Shown piece after piece: positions 13,006-27,367 of a DNA stretch of 64,000 nucleotides. Numbering within the stretch: the stretch's first letter is position 1; each line of letters begins with the position of its first letter. Below the pieces are notes generated by a model. That model saw only the letters and a list, made by a program, of their open reading frames with translations. It did no database searches and was not told the DNA's origin. The position numbers and the translations under genes were made by a program. The stretch comes from Lytechinus pictus (taxonomy: Eukaryota). Where the stretch lies: NCBI RefSeq assembly GCF_037042905.1, contig NC_087247.1:22816001-22880000 (forward strand), in the 5' to 3' direction.

Positions 13006-14577
13006 TTGTATTTCAATCAATGTTTCATGCAAAGCACATATATTAGGCTTTCATTTCAATCAATATTCAACGTAATATCCGGGCGTCATAATATTACTGA
13101 AACAGGGGGTATATACTAATATAATCGGAGCCAGTGAAAATGACTGTAGCCATCTACCTTCTCTCCTATAATGCACTCAAACTGCACCCTTCCTCACACA
13201 TATGCGCCTAAACTCACACACCCATAATCTTCCTGATAAGCATTGTTTCACTTAAATTACTTCTCGTTAACATGGTTAATGTGAATTGAGACTAGCTCCA
13301 AACCATCTACACTCCTATAGATGACTGTGATCGATTTTTCTTTTCTCCCTCGATACATGCTCGATATTATGGATATAACAACCACATAATTATAGTTTCT
13401 ATACTATAGCACAGATCCTCTGAGAGTGTTCATGTTCAAGTGTGAGTTAATGCATTTATAAGATTAAGTATGTTGAATTGCTGATACTACCCTTCACACC
13501 CTACAATAAAAATCAAAGGGGAAAAAACTCTCTCTTCATAATGTACTGTCCGACATAATCATCCAACTTTTCTTTCACTGTGCCTCAAGCCATTGAAATC
13601 TCGATACGTCAGTGAATCACGATAATATTGATTACGTTTACCAATTACGATTAACAACTTTTGTTGAAATCTGGATTTCTCATGAATTATTCGTTTATAT
13701 ATCCATGATATTCATCATCTAGGATCCATGGTAAAAAGCCTTGCTTCATGAAAAATAGGGACCCTAACCTAAATAACAATCCTTCATCTAAATTCGACCA
13801 CACATCTGGCCATGATCCGGCCATGACCGACATTTTCTCAATTGGACCTCCTTTAGTTTCTCTGAAGAGCCTAGGGTACGAGTAAAGGTTTGATAGGGTT
13901 TGGGGTTCATGATTCTGACATAATTAGGAAGATACACCCTTTTAAGCATTTTAAATGAATCCAATGTGGCTGTGAATTTGTGAGCAGTCAAACATTAGAT
14001 TTAGATTTAAAGATTGCAGGTTGAATTTAAAAAGCTACATTATTATATTTAAATCATTTGAGAATCCAAAACAAATCATTAGGATTCAAATAAACTCAGA
14101 TGTCACCATTCATAGCCGTCCTGTATTCATTTTAAATCATTGAATATTTAACCTATATATTTAACCTGCACATTATGTAATGCGCAGTTGCATGGCAGCA
14201 ATAATGCCGCCGGAGCAACGTCGTGGATTCCTGATAAGACATTTTCTATTATTGAGATCAGTGTTGCCAGATCCAATCAGGAGCCCATTGATTTACTATT
14301 ATCGTAACTTTGTCATTATGGTAACTATCATGGTAACATGATACAACAGCCAATCACAATCAAGGTTACCATGGTAATTGCTAAAATGCAAAAATGGCAA
14401 AGATACCGCAGTTGAAATCATAAAATGAAACAGGCCCTTGAATACTATCATAGCCATACTATCATAAATCATATCATAAAAATGCATAATTCTAGGTCTC
14501 ATTTAGATCGCAAAGCATATCACAAGGCCATGAAGAGCTAAATATAAGATTATCATATAACACTAAAATAGTGATAG

Positions 14578-14588
14578 TACTACTACTA

Positions 14589-14641
<53 letters not shown>

Positions 14642-14710
14642 TTACTACTATAACTACTACTACTACTATACTATTATTACCACTGCCTCTTCAATTATTA
14701 CTACTACTAC
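14578..14710. repeat. (ACT)n microsatellite
   Basis: Direct reading. Confidence 0.9.
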
Positions 14711-15080
14711 AATTATGACAATAACAATAATGATAATAATATGATATTTCATGTAATAATGACTGTACTGAATAAAACAAAATGATTTGACGTATCATGT
14801 CTACGCAACCAGTATTTTCCATCCAATTAGCATCTGGTCCCCTCACTGTTTAACAAACGTACCAGCAGATAATTGACATTAATATGTTGCATAATGAAAT
14901 AATATAGTCTCAGCTGTCCATTGCCTTGTCCTGTAAATTTCTACATCATGTATGACTGAAATGAATTATATCAGACAGCTGAATGATATACAATGTGAAG
15001 AGGGAAAGCTATTCTCTCTGGTTGCGTTGCAGGGGTGTCGTCACAACCAGAACCGGGAAGTTGTTTGCATCGTGTTAATA

Positions 15081-16290
15081 ATTAATTTCAGCTAAAAAAT
15101 TTTAATAATAGATAATAAAAATAGGAGACGACAGAGAGAAAACATAGAGAATACAAGAAAGTGTGTTAGGAGGGCGAGGAATTGGGGACAAAGTTTTTCT
15201 TCAAGCATCCCAACGTAGTTATTTTTCTATTCATGAACAGTACCCTTATAATTCCCTCTTAACCTTGTTCAATTTCCTTTTAAGTGTCTTTTCCCCCATC
15301 CAATGTATTTAATCATGCCCAATATCAATTATAGAAAGCCCCTGTTTCTTCTGATTAGTGCAAGGGCGTATCTTTCTCTCTATTAAGCCCTCTATTTATC
15401 CCATCTCGTTTCCAATAAATACCCAGTTCTGATAAGTTCGTCTTTGAACGTAAGATGAAATTCATATTTCAAATGCAACATATGGTTCAATGTTTCCATA
15501 TCAAAATAGAACTTCCTTATTTAACAATTATAATTTCGTCATTATATTCGAATGAATGTGGAGATGGAGATGATTCGCCATTGTCGATTTGAAGAGCCTA
15601 CATGTACATGTATATCACTCATGGAATTCAACATTCCTCTCATTCTTTTTCTATTCGAATGCATTAATTTCAGCTAAAAAAAATAATAATAGATGATAAC
15701 AATAGGAGACGACAGAGAGAATACAAAAAAAGTGTCTTGGGAGGGCGAGGAATTGGGGACAAAGTTTTTTTTCAAGCATCCCAACATAGTTATTTTTATA
15801 TTCATGAACAGTACCCTTATAATTCCCTCTTAACCTTATTCAATTTCCTAATTAGAGAAAGAAAAATAATATTTTGATATCGATATTTTTAAGTGTCTTT
15901 TTCCCCATCCAATGTATTTAATCATGCCCAATATCAATTATAGAAAGCCCCTGTTTCTTCTGATTTAGTGTAAGGGCGTATTTTCCCTTTACTGTCCCTC
16001 TACTAAACCCTATATATTATCCCATCTCGTTTCCAATAAATACACGCTCCTAGTTCTCATTAGTTCGTCTTTGAACGTAAGATGAAATTCGTATTTTAAA
16101 TGCAATATAATTATGATGCTTCAATGTTTCCATATTATCGAAATAAAACTTCCTTATTTAAAAATAATAATTTCGTCATTACATTCGAATGAATGTGGAG
16201 ATGGAGATGATTCGCCAATGTCGATTTGAAGAGCCTACACGTATATCACTCATGGAATTCAACATTCCTCTCATTCTTTTTCTATTCGAA
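15081..16290. repeat. Diverged intronic tandem duplication of ~580-630 bp (15081-15659 and 15663-16290)
   Basis: Both copies start ATTAATTTCAGCTAAAAAA and end CTCATTCTTTTTCTATTCGAA with collinear interiors. Confidence 0.9.
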
Positions 16291-18568
16291 ATCATTTTTT
16301 CTGCGATTAAATCAATTTTCTTTATAATTCATGTAGAATCTGCGCTCAAATTTCCCTTAAAACCACAATCTGTAGGTATCATGCATATTTTGCAGGGTCG
16401 TATAAACTGGTGGTTTGTGGCGTATACGAACGCCCCCCCCCCCTCCGTCTCTCCCCTCCCCCTCTCTATCCCTCCCTCTCCCTCCCCCCCCCCCTCTCTC
16501 TCTCTCTCTCTCTTGGAAAAGTTCAAAACACCAAATAGGTTAATGTTGACTGTTTTGGCGGTTGATAAAGTGAATTATATCTCCATGGTCGACGAGAACC
16601 CTTTTCTTTTTACAAAGTGAACCCTTTCCCCAGAAATTTTTTTGTGGGAGCAAGTTAGAATATTTTTATTTTAAATTGCTTAAACTACATTCTTGATAAT
16701 ATCCATAGGGTTAGGATTTTTTCATCATTGGTTTGGATTCCCTTATTTGGGTAGCCGACATTTTCCCAATTACATTTGTAATTGTTTTTGTTCATTTATA
16801 TCTTTTTCTTTATTCACTTTGGGGGATGGATGAATAATACAATTGCAGGGCGAAGTAAAATCAACAAAGATCCTCTTGATTCTATACGAGCAATCTAATG
16901 AATACAAATCTAACCCTTCAACTGCATCTGTGCATGGAAAACAAATCAATTATTGATATCGCGGTCCTAGCTTTTATAGGTATATTTCTATGAATGCCCT
17001 TGGATATAATATATTCTTCTCGGTATACTGCATGTTATCGGAGCCTGACTATAGTGAACTTGGGGGAGGGAGCAGCCCAGCCCCCGAAATTTTAAAGAGT
17101 TTTACGCTCCATGGATGATTTTTTTTTTATTTACATATAACATTTCCTTCAATATCAACTCGGACGCTTTCCTATGTAGTTTACTTAATCATATATGATA
17201 ACATTTCATATATTCTGCACCCCCTCCTGAAAAAAAATCATGATTACGGGGTAAGGCCATGCTCATGAATGTTGTTTAAAATCAATTTTTCATAACTTTT
17301 AGTTCTTTATTCGTAATTGGTGAATAGTTATGATGGGGGATGGGTTAATGGACGTCAACCTTCGATATATATACATGTATATATAGTTCTCTTTTATTGG
17401 AATTATTTCGTTCGTTTCCGTTTCTGTCTGTCTGCCTCACCCCCACCCCCTCTCATTCTCTCTCTCTCATATACTTTTTTCTATCAATCCCTTGGTGGAA
17501 CCGCCCTCCAGACAGTTATTGATAATTTGACAGTGTCCGATACAATTTTTACTATTACACTGTCAGTGAGGAGAGGGAAATGGAAATGGAGGGATAGAAT
17601 GCGAAAGATGGGGGGGAAAGGGATATAAAAGAGGGGCACTGAAAATGAATGATGTGTGATAGGGGGCTACATCAGGTCACAGAAATGAAATAGGAAAGCG
17701 ATAAAAAATCAAAGTATAAAGAACAGAGGGTCTGTCAAATCATGGTCAAACAAAAAAGATAAGACAAGATAAAAAGAAACAAAGAGAAAAAAACGCAGAC
17801 ATAATTCTCAATCAATCATACGACCATATTCATACACTATCTAGGTTCGTATGATAGTCTCCGCCCCTAATATAGCGTAAGTCTCTGAGGTAAACCAAGT
17901 TCATGATAAACAATTCAACATCCACTGAAATTTCAACACAATCATAAATCTTATTTTTGTATTGTTTGTATAAATTCCACCCTATCCATCTCCAAACAAT
18001 TTCCTGTATTGTAATTTGACTCCTGCACGATCGTGGACATTAATTATAACCACACGTTATGGAATTTTTCTCGAAATGAAATAAGTGTTATTGCTTGCTC
18101 TCCCAACCGAATCGTCTATACTAATTATAAGAAGTCATAATACCCCGTGGGAAATAATTCTACGCTTGCAATATGTCATGACATACCCTGAATAGATTAC
18201 TTCATTGTCGAATTTCCGATACTGGTCAAAATACTGGTTCTACAGGTAACCTCAACCGTCAACCACGATGCTGACATGTACCTTCATTTCTACCTTTCTC
18301 CATTTCTCTTCCGCAATGATGCGCCTACTTCTCTTAATGTCATCCTACGGTCCTTCTCATTTTATTTAAACCATCTCCTTGCACCTACTTTCACAACCTT
18401 AATCATTTTCATTGTCAAGATTTTATTTTTAAATTCAATTCTAATCATTATAATGGGGGATCCGCATGCAATACAACCCATACTGTTCAATGCATTTGGA
18501 CTTCAATTCAATTTCGTTTTCAGGGACGGAACAATGACCCACATTACCGGAACTACAACATGGGTCAT

Positions 18569-18832
18569 CAGGGGCGGTACCACAATATTTTTATAAGGAC
18601 AGGGGGGGGGGGGCTTGGTGGCAAGACGTCATATTTTTCTCAATCGAATTAAAGAGATTATATCATAGATTTATACAGCCCAAACCTGTCTTGTCAATAA
18701 TCTTCTTCCCCCTTACTTCTTTTTCTCAATCTTACTCCTTTCTCCTCTGTCTTTCCCCTTTTTCACTTCTTAAAGAATCATAGGGGCCACGGTCGCCCCT
18801 GACCCCCCTTCCTCCCTGCGGCGCCACTTCTG
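18569..18832. mobile_element. hAT-like MITE with 8-bp TSD (one mismatch)
   Basis: TGGGTCAT|CAGGGGCGG ... GCGCCACTTCTG|TGGGTCGT. Confidence 0.7.
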
Positions 18833-18876
18833 TGGGTCGTCATCAACGGCCAACCTGTGCAGAATAGAATACATAC

Positions 18877-19190
18877 CCGACAGTGACAAACCCTCCTCCG
18901 TAGTAAACGAGGACGGAGCAGAATGGTGATACAGGACACACGGCCAGCATGATAATAGACAGGGCATCGAAGGTCTCCATGTCGAGGATGAGAGCCAGGA
19001 GATAACCGACCAAGGGCTGGATGAAGTACTGGAGACCTAGACCAATCATCACGCTCTGAGGAAGATGCATTTCTTTACGAGAGAAGTCATCCATCGAGAT
19101 GAAACAACCCATACCAAACATGACGATGGCTAACCCGACGTAGCTTAGTGTTATTCTTACGATAAACAAAACATTCACATGGGTTTCCAT
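18877..19190 (-). CDS. SLC10A-like: SLC10-like paralog A, first identifiable coding exon
   Basis: ttcttag|ATG GAA ACC... to ...GTC GG|gtatgt (phase 2); MFGMGC, GLQYFIQPLVGYLL and AVCP match SLC10 N-terminal helices; the three exons splice to 347 aa. Confidence 0.9.
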
Positions 19191-20840
19191 CTAAGAAAAT
19201 AAACAGAAATCATCTATTAAAATAGATTTAAAAATGATCCATACTTATAATCATTCGAGCACGATTCTTTGAATGATGTTAAATGAGAATGTGGCCACCT
19301 AATAGCTTCATGATATTTGTTTTCTTTTCATTTGAACAGCTCCAGCATTTGCTGTTTTCCACAATGATCCCAATGATCAAGATTCTTGTCAATGATTATG
19401 GTAACCTTTGCAAAGCACTAAAGTTAGAACCCGGGGGTTAGAATATATTTCTTTTAAAACGATATTGGGATCCATCATGCATGAGATACATCGACACTCA
19501 TTGGCTCAGTGGCTTGACGATCACGGCAAGAAAGTCAAGTTAGTGCACCAGTGTCTTTGGTAAGACTCTAGCGAGTTTTAGCACCACCACGCACAACGCT
19601 TTCAAGAACATAGAAAATATTATTGTCATAATATGCCCTCTATGACAAAGGGCAACCAAGAAGTCTTTGTTGAAAAATAGGAGAATCAAAACAGCAGTTT
19701 CGTCCTGGACGAATGACATATTTACAATATTTTGTCAGCTCTAATACTTAGGACGAACTGTTAATTGTTCCAGATCTCCCACCTGGTCATTGTCATTTGA
19801 CGGGTATTTTCAATACATTCATGGTGTTCTTGAATCATCATGCGTCATGATGCGAAAACTCCCTAATCACTGAACATATGCGGTTCCTATAGACGAAGAC
19901 GATTATCAGTCCTTATCAGTTAACCCTCTTGCTATGTCTCCTTGGCTTGCGCATGCACAAGGGTTAAAAGCCAGAGGTTAAAGCATTCTTAGCAGTTGAC
20001 TTCAGACCTTAAAATAGCCTGTTCTCTGTGCCCCTCACACAATGAAATGTATTTTAAATTGTGTTGGTTGAAGACCATCATAATATATAATTATGGATGA
20101 TTGTTGTGTCATGTGTATATGTCAGGCACAAGAGGTTGCATTAGACTTGTTGGAGTTCAAATTCTTATGGATATGGACTTTTGCCTCTTATGCAGCCAGT
20201 AATGACATTTTTCTTGTTAAATAATCCTCCCATATATAGGTCCAGAGCCAGCTTATGGAATGCAATTATCGAGAAAGTATTTAATTGTGTGATGGTGAAA
20301 ATTTGCCTAAATATCATGGAGAAAAATACTCAGAAAATTACACCCAAACAGGAAGCACTATTTCTGCATTATACTCACTGATTGGGCGAGAAACTCGTTT
20401 TCTCTCGCTGTGAGGTTGTCGAAACTGAGTAACTCTCTAGAGACTCCCATTCTCAACGTGATTTCTGCGAAATGAAAAAAAACGATAGATATTATAATCA
20501 TCATCATTTATTTATACTATATCATTACTGATTCCCACATCAGCAGCATCAGTGTTGTTATACATATCTCATAATGTATAATGCAAAATTACAGTGCACC
20601 AACAAAATGATGTTCTTCTCTTGGTCTATTCAAAGCCTATTATGTTAAAGTCTCACCTTTTGCAAAGATAAACCCAACTTTTCTTGACTAATGACGCACT
20701 GATAGCAGATCCCATTTTTTTTCTCAGATTGTACAATGATGGTTGAAATATATGATTGTTTTCTTTTATCTATCTTTCTCATTATACCATGCTACCATTT
20801 CATAGCGTTAAGAAACTTAATTTATAATTTGCGCGCTATA

Positions 20841-21097
20841 CACTGTTGAATAAATATTGGGTAAAATTTTAACCAGCACGAGGGTAATATGTGTCCAACA
20901 AATAATTATGAGCAATATTTTACCCAATGCGGGAAGCATATTGTACATGCTGTATGGTTAAAAAATAAGCAGCAATTACTTTAGAATGGGCAAAATTTTC
21001 ATCACGCTTGATAAATAAACATGCCCAAAAGAAATGCCCAATGTTGGTTGGACGCATAATTATCCTCATATATCATTTTTACCCAATATTTGTAGAG
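20841..21097. mobile_element. TA-inserted MITE (CACTG end); same family as 36428-36687 in opposite orientation
   Basis: AAATATTGGGTAAAAT / ATTTTTACCCAATATTT inverted repeat; an adjacent duplicated empty site is present at 21175-21285. Confidence 0.7.
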
Positions 21098-21617
21098 TTT
21101 ATATGTAAAACTGAATAAGCTTAATATTTCTTTAATTATTAATATATAGCACCCCACCCTCTTTCTTTCTTATTCTACCATGCTACCATTTCATAGCGTT
21201 AAGAAACGTTATCATAATTTGCGCGCTATATTATGTATAAAACTTGATAAGCCTATTATTCTTTTAATTAATATAGCCCCCCAATGCCCACATGTCAAAA
21301 TACTTGTAAATAGACATCGATTTTATGGATATTTTGTGTTGAAATATTCTCGAGAAATTTCACCTTTCCTTACATTTACTACCCTTCTGCTGATTTAGGA
21401 GATATGCGGCCAGCTATATATGTTGTGGCACAATCTTTTTATTGCATGCTACTTTGCCTTTCAATATTAGTTAACATTTAATTTCACATTAACATTAATG
21501 TGTCCTTTCTAGTCCAAAGTCACAGACTGCTGATAAACTCGTTTATTGAATTTAGTCGTGGACATAATTTGATTATTTTACTGATATTGTGTATACGTCA
21601 ATAATATCGTCGTCGGA

Positions 21618-21900
21618 TCCACGAAGTGGCACACGCGACCGTTGGTGCGCGAAATCACTTTTAGAAATGAACGCGAATAAAGATTTTTACATTTTCAACT
21701 GCCCGTTGCTATATGATTGTGAAGTTTAAGATAATGAAGAATGCACATACCAAGAGACAGGTATCTACTCCTGCCGAATGAACATCAAATCTTGACATAG
21801 AAGTGATTCAAACACAAGCATGACAAGTGTCGTTTTGTGGAATATATATATTACTTCAGCGTGCGTAGAAACGGCGCGCACCTGCGTGCCATTTCGTGGG
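21618..21900. mobile_element. Degraded CpG-rich MITE
   Basis: CCACGAAGTGGCAC / GTGCCATTTCGTGG inverted termini. Confidence 0.4.
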
Positions 21901-22445
21901 TTTATATTTTACAAAGGATATAGAGGCTAGTGTCGTTTTTTTTTGCTATTACTGATATTGGTATTTATATTCAATATCACAGTGTTAAAAAAATCAAATT
22001 AAATAGATGTACACAATAAAATCAGTGGTATAGTATACCCACTCAGCTTTATATATTACAGAACTGTTCTTCCCTGGGTCCAGACAATGTATAACAAAAG
22101 TTACTACAAATGACCTTGAATAAAATTATACATCAAAGTAAGATAATTGAGCTATTATAATGACATTAAACAGCAACAATACAAGAGCATATCCCGCAGC
22201 TCGCCCCACCGCCCACTCCCACACCCCCCCCCCCCCCTTGTTGTCAAGTGTATTTATTTTTCTTTTACAGATTAGAGCAAGACAATTCTTTTTTTTTACT
22301 TCGAATTTGTCACAATTAATACCACCTAGGCCTAAATTAGTTTTAGTAAATTACATTCACATGTTACAAGTACTTGACACTGCTTCATACCATTGCAAAA
22401 AGAAAACCTTATGTCTCCTCAGACAAAGATGACAAAATGACATAC

Positions 22446-23029
22446 AGGGGTATTCTGGGCTGAAAATATTTATACCTATAATTAAATAGAGTAAAATTCA
22501 CAAAGCAAAATGCTGAAAAGTTCATCAAAATCTGATAACAAATACGAAGTCATTGAATTCTAAATTTTAGCAATGTTTTTTTTAAACAGTAATAATGCAC
22601 GTCGTCATGAATATTCATAAGGTTGGCTGATGATGTCACATCCCCACTTTCCCTTTTCTTATTTTATCACATGAAATTCCATACATGTGTGAATGATATG
22701 TCTCCCTTTTAATGAAATAAGTTGCAGGAATGAATAATGCACTAAATCAGTTGTCAATCCGAATTTTCTAATTCTTGGAGAAAAATATTGAATAAACCTA
22801 ATTTCATATAATAAAACACAAAATAACAAGTGGGGATATGACATCATCAATTTGCTCATTGAATATTAATAAAGACATGTCTAGATCTGTTTTACCGGAA
22901 TAATGCAAATCTTTAAAATGTCATGACTTTATTATGCATTGTCCGATTTTGATCAAATTTTCAGTGTTATATTTGTCTGATTTTTATTTATCTTTTCAAA
23001 TAATATTATCTTCAGCTTGGAGCATCCCT
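22446..23029 (+). mobile_element. Kolobok-like MITE family 1, copy 2
   Basis: Collinear with 1440-2026; right end AGCATCCCT|TTAA. Confidence 0.8.
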
Positions 23030-23264
23030 TTAAGTCAGTATCGCAAGCAATTTATATCAAATTGAGTTGATGATTGTATTTTATTATTGACTCATGTAAA
23101 AGTATATCAGTGCGTAAAAAGAAAGAGAGTATGTTGAAATGAACTTGTTTCATATCATCTGTACTTTGGTATAGGCATTAGAAGATAATAAAACGTGTAA
23201 TGATATTCACAAATTGTTTTCATTTTGAGTAAAAAATGAAGTGTGTATGCAATGATCGATTTTT

Positions 23265-26200
23265 TTTTTCAATAAAGGGGCCGATATTGTCTTTTTGCAA
23301 GAAACCTTTAGTACTAGGGAATGTGAGGGTAGATGGGATTCGTCGTGGGACCGCACCAGCTATTTTAGTCATGGTTCAGCTCATAGCAAGGGTGTATTAG
23401 TTTTGATTGCGCCAACGGTAGATATGGAGATATTACAAGTCTTAAGAGACAATGAGGATAGATTTGTATTTATACATTGTAAGTTTCAAGGGGTTAGGTT
23501 GATTTTAGGAAATGTATATTTTCCTACATGAAATTTTGAAAAAGAACAAATGCAATTTCTCAAAAAAATACGAAATACCCTTGCTAAGTTGAATAAAGAT
23601 AATACCCTGTTATAATAGGTGGTGATTTTAACATGATTAGGGACAATAATTTAGATTATAACGGACAATCTCAAAATAGGATTTCAAATAGATTAAATCG
23701 AGACTTTGGAAAATTTATGGAAGACTTTCAATTTTTTGACGTTTGGAGATGTAGACATCCCCTGAAAAGACAATTTACATACATGCAAAAGAACCCCTTC
23801 ATTCAAAGCAGACTTGATTACTGGATAATTTCTGAATGTTTAGAGGAAATGGTTATAAGGTGCGATATAATTCCATCTGTGGCCCCTGATCATCATTCAA
23901 TTTTTTTACACTTATTCGACAAAACAAAAAATAAAGTTATTGCAAGGAAGAGGTCATATTGGAAATTTAATAATAGTTTATGTGAAAATGAAGATTATGT
24001 TAAAGAATTAAAGAAAGAAATTCGTGAATTGAGAAATGAATTGCAATCTGAAATAAAAGATAAGAGGTTGTTATGGGATTTTCTAAAAATGAAAATTCGA
24101 AGTTTTACACAAAAATTTTCGAAAAAATTGGCTGATAAAAGAAGGAAAATGAAAACGGATTTAGAAAGAGAAATACAGTTTTTAGAAGAACAATTGAAAG
24201 ATCGTACTGATGCAAATACTTTAGAAAAACTAGAAAATACAAAAGAGAAATTAAGGGAAATTTATAGTTATGTTAATGAAGGTGTTAAGGTTCGATCTCG
24301 TGCCTCCTGGTATGAATGTGGTGAAAGAGACTCGCGTTATTTCAACCAGTTGATGCAAAGTAATAAAAGAAAAACCACAATTAAAAAAATTGAAACCACA
24401 GATGGAAACATCTGTTGTGATGAGAAAAGAATAAGTGAAGAAATTGGGAAAGTTTACAGTAGGTTGTATGATAAAGTAGAGTGCGTGTGTTCGGATAACC
24501 TCTTTGATGAATTTTTTCAAGGATTACCTAAATTGGCGGAGACATCTCGAGAACTTTGTGAAGGGTTAATAAATAACAAAGAATGTCTAGAAATTTTAAA
24601 AGAATTGAAACACAATAAATCACCTGGAAATGACGGTCTTTCTTCAGAGTTCTACTATACTTTTTGGCCGGATATTGGAGATTTAGTTAAAGATGCCTTA
24701 AATGAGGCATATTGGTCCGGGGAATTAGCATCGTCGCAAAAACAAGCAGTTATTACGTTAATCGCTAAAGATGGGAAAGATCCTCTTTTATTGAAAAATT
24801 ATAGACCTATATCCCTTCTTAACGTGGATTATAAGATTTAAAAAAAATACTTAATGAAATCGTTGTGGGGGATCAGGTGGGTTACATACAAGGTAGAAGT
24901 ATTGGTGAGGCCATTCGTACTATAGATGATGTTATTTTTCATACATCCCATTTTAATCTACCTGGTTTTTTGTTAGCTATAGATTTTGAGAAGGCCTTTG
25001 ACTCGTTATCACATCATTTTCTTCAAAAGGCTCTGACGGCTTTTGGTTTTGGTATATCCTTTCAGAGATGGGTCAAAGTTTTGTATACTGACACTCTAAG
25101 TTGTGTTTTAAATGAAGGAAATTCCACCGGTTATTTTGAAATAAAAAGGGGGGTGAGGCAAGGGGATCCTCTTGGTCCTTACCCTTTTTATTTTGTGTAT
25201 TGAAGTAATGGCTAATAAATTACGAAAAGATAATCTGATTGAAGGAATTAGATTTGGAGATAAAGAAATTAAATTAGCAATTTATGCAGATGATATGACA
25301 GTTTTTGCTCGTAATGTAAAATTAGTTGATAGACTAAAAGTTTTATTTGCAGATTTTGAAAAACTTTCTGGATTAAAAATCAAGAATGAAAAAACGAAAG
25401 TATTAAAATTAGGCTCATGCCAGCATTTAGATTATGACTTCTCCTTCGGCGAGATCGTTGATTTTCTTAAAGTTTTAGGAGTATTTTTCACCCTTGATGA
25501 ACATAAGAAAGAAGATCTAAATTACAAAGAAATCTTAAGCAAAATTAAAACACTCTTGAACTTTTGGAAGCTAAGGGATATAACGCTTATGGGGAAGATT
25601 CAACTATTAAAGGTGCATATCTATTCTCTTACTCCTGTTCCTAAGTGGGTTTATGAATCATTGGATGAATTAACTTTTGATTTCTTATGGAAAGGTAAGA
25701 AAGACAAAATTAATAGGAATACAATGTTTTTAGACTATAAGCAAGGAGGATTAAAGATGTTAAACTTCCCTGTGCAGGTAAAGGCACAGCGAATAATGTG
25801 GATTAAAAGACATTTAAATAAAGATGAAGATATGAAATGGAAACAGTACTTTAATTTTGCCACTAAACATATGGGTGGAGATTTGATATTTTCATGTGAC
25901 TAGATACCAGGTTTATTGAAAGTAACAGCTTCCAAATTTTACATGGACTTATTAGAAGAGTGGGTAAATATAAGACATATTAGAAGTACAGAGTTTGGGA
26001 AAGTGGTGATTTTTAATAATAAGCTTATTCGATATAAAGGGAGTTGTATATTTGATAAGATTCTATACGATAAAGAGGTTTATAAATTGCATCATATTTT
26101 GGATAATAATGGTAAACTAAAATGTGATACACATTTTCTTAATTTGAATTTAGATGCAAATGATGTTGAAAAGATCAAGCATATATATGCCTGTTTACCC

Positions 26201-26920
26201 GTTAGTTGGAAGAACAATATTGAAATGAATGCAAAGCATAACTCTGGAATCGATTTCAATTTGGGTAAGAAAACATCTAATTTAATGCTTTTAAAATCAA
26301 AAGAAATATACGAACAGCTGTTGAATAAAAATGACATTAAACCTTCTATTTTCGACAAAATTAGAACGAATTATGATCTTACCAATAAGGAAGTAGAAAG
26401 TATAGTTTTAAGACTAAGATATTGCACACTGAATAGTCGATTAAGGGAGTTTCAGTATAAACTCTTGCATAATATTATATACACTAACCACCACCTTTTC
26501 CGTTTTGGTCTTGTTTCGACCAATTTATGATCATTTTGTGAAAAGGAAGAAGAAACGTATGAACATCTATTTTATACTTGTGAATTTTCAAAATCACTTT
26601 GGGATCTGTGTGCAAGAAGTATAATTTTTGAAATAAATAAATTTAGTTGGCAGGAAATTCTTTTCGGGAAGCAGGAGAAAAGTAAAGGTAAATATCAATT
26701 AATTAATCATGTTTTTATTTTAGTTACATATCTTACTTACAAAAACCGAGAATTAAAAAAACCTCCTTCATTGAATGAAATAAAAAATAGTATTAGGGGG
26801 GATCAAAGAGAAGAAAAGAATTTAGCAACAAAGAGGGGGACTCTTACAATCCATTTCTCTAAATGGGAAAACTTAATTAGACCATTTATTGGAGCCCAGA
26901 GCCAGCTCTCCACCGGATAG
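23265..26920 (+). pseudogene. Fragmented LINE ORF2 (endonuclease/reverse transcriptase)
   Basis: ORF pieces 23295-23531, 23633-24841, 24865-25203, 25172-25903 and 25916-26530 are separated by stops or frameshifts, in correct domain order. Confidence 0.88.
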
Positions 26921-27367
26921 GGGATGGGGGTGTTTTAGGGAGGGTCGGGGGAGGGGGGTAGGGTCCAGGGCTGAGTTTGTTGTTGAGATTGATTTTATTT
27001 GAGTGAAGAGGCCGAGGCGATGGGTTTTTAAAAAAAACATGCTGATGGCTTCAATTCGTTAGGTTTTATTAATGATTTATTTTTGTGTATTTGACACTGA
27101 AAAAAAAATTCAATATGTTGAATTTATTGTAGAAGTTTATTATTAATGCATATTATTATTATCAATGTTATTTATAATTATGTTTTAGAAGATGTCTGAC
27201 ATGATTGTGTTTTATTGTAACATTCAAGAAAAAAAATGATGTTAAATTTATAAGTTGTCAAGGTATTTATCAATTTGTAAAGACATCAAACTTCTTTTTG
27301 TTATATATATTTTATTTTGTATATGAATTGAAGTTGTCAATAAAAACTACTTAATACAAAAAAAAAA
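23265..27367 (+). mobile_element. L1/Tx1-clade LINE with near-complete but disabled ORF2 (APE endonuclease, RT, zinc finger), 3' UTR and poly(A); no ORF1
   Basis: KGADIVFLQET, GNVYFP, IIGGDFN, SRLDYW, APDH (APE); SPGNDG, YRPISLLNVDYKI, IDFEKAFD, GVRQGDP, YADD (RT); AATAAA 27339-27344 and A-run 27358-27367. Confidence 0.93.

Noticed and set aside
16189-16620. 143-aa ORF
   Set aside because: It starts in an intronic duplication and crosses a CT/C low-complexity tract; no domain is recognisable.
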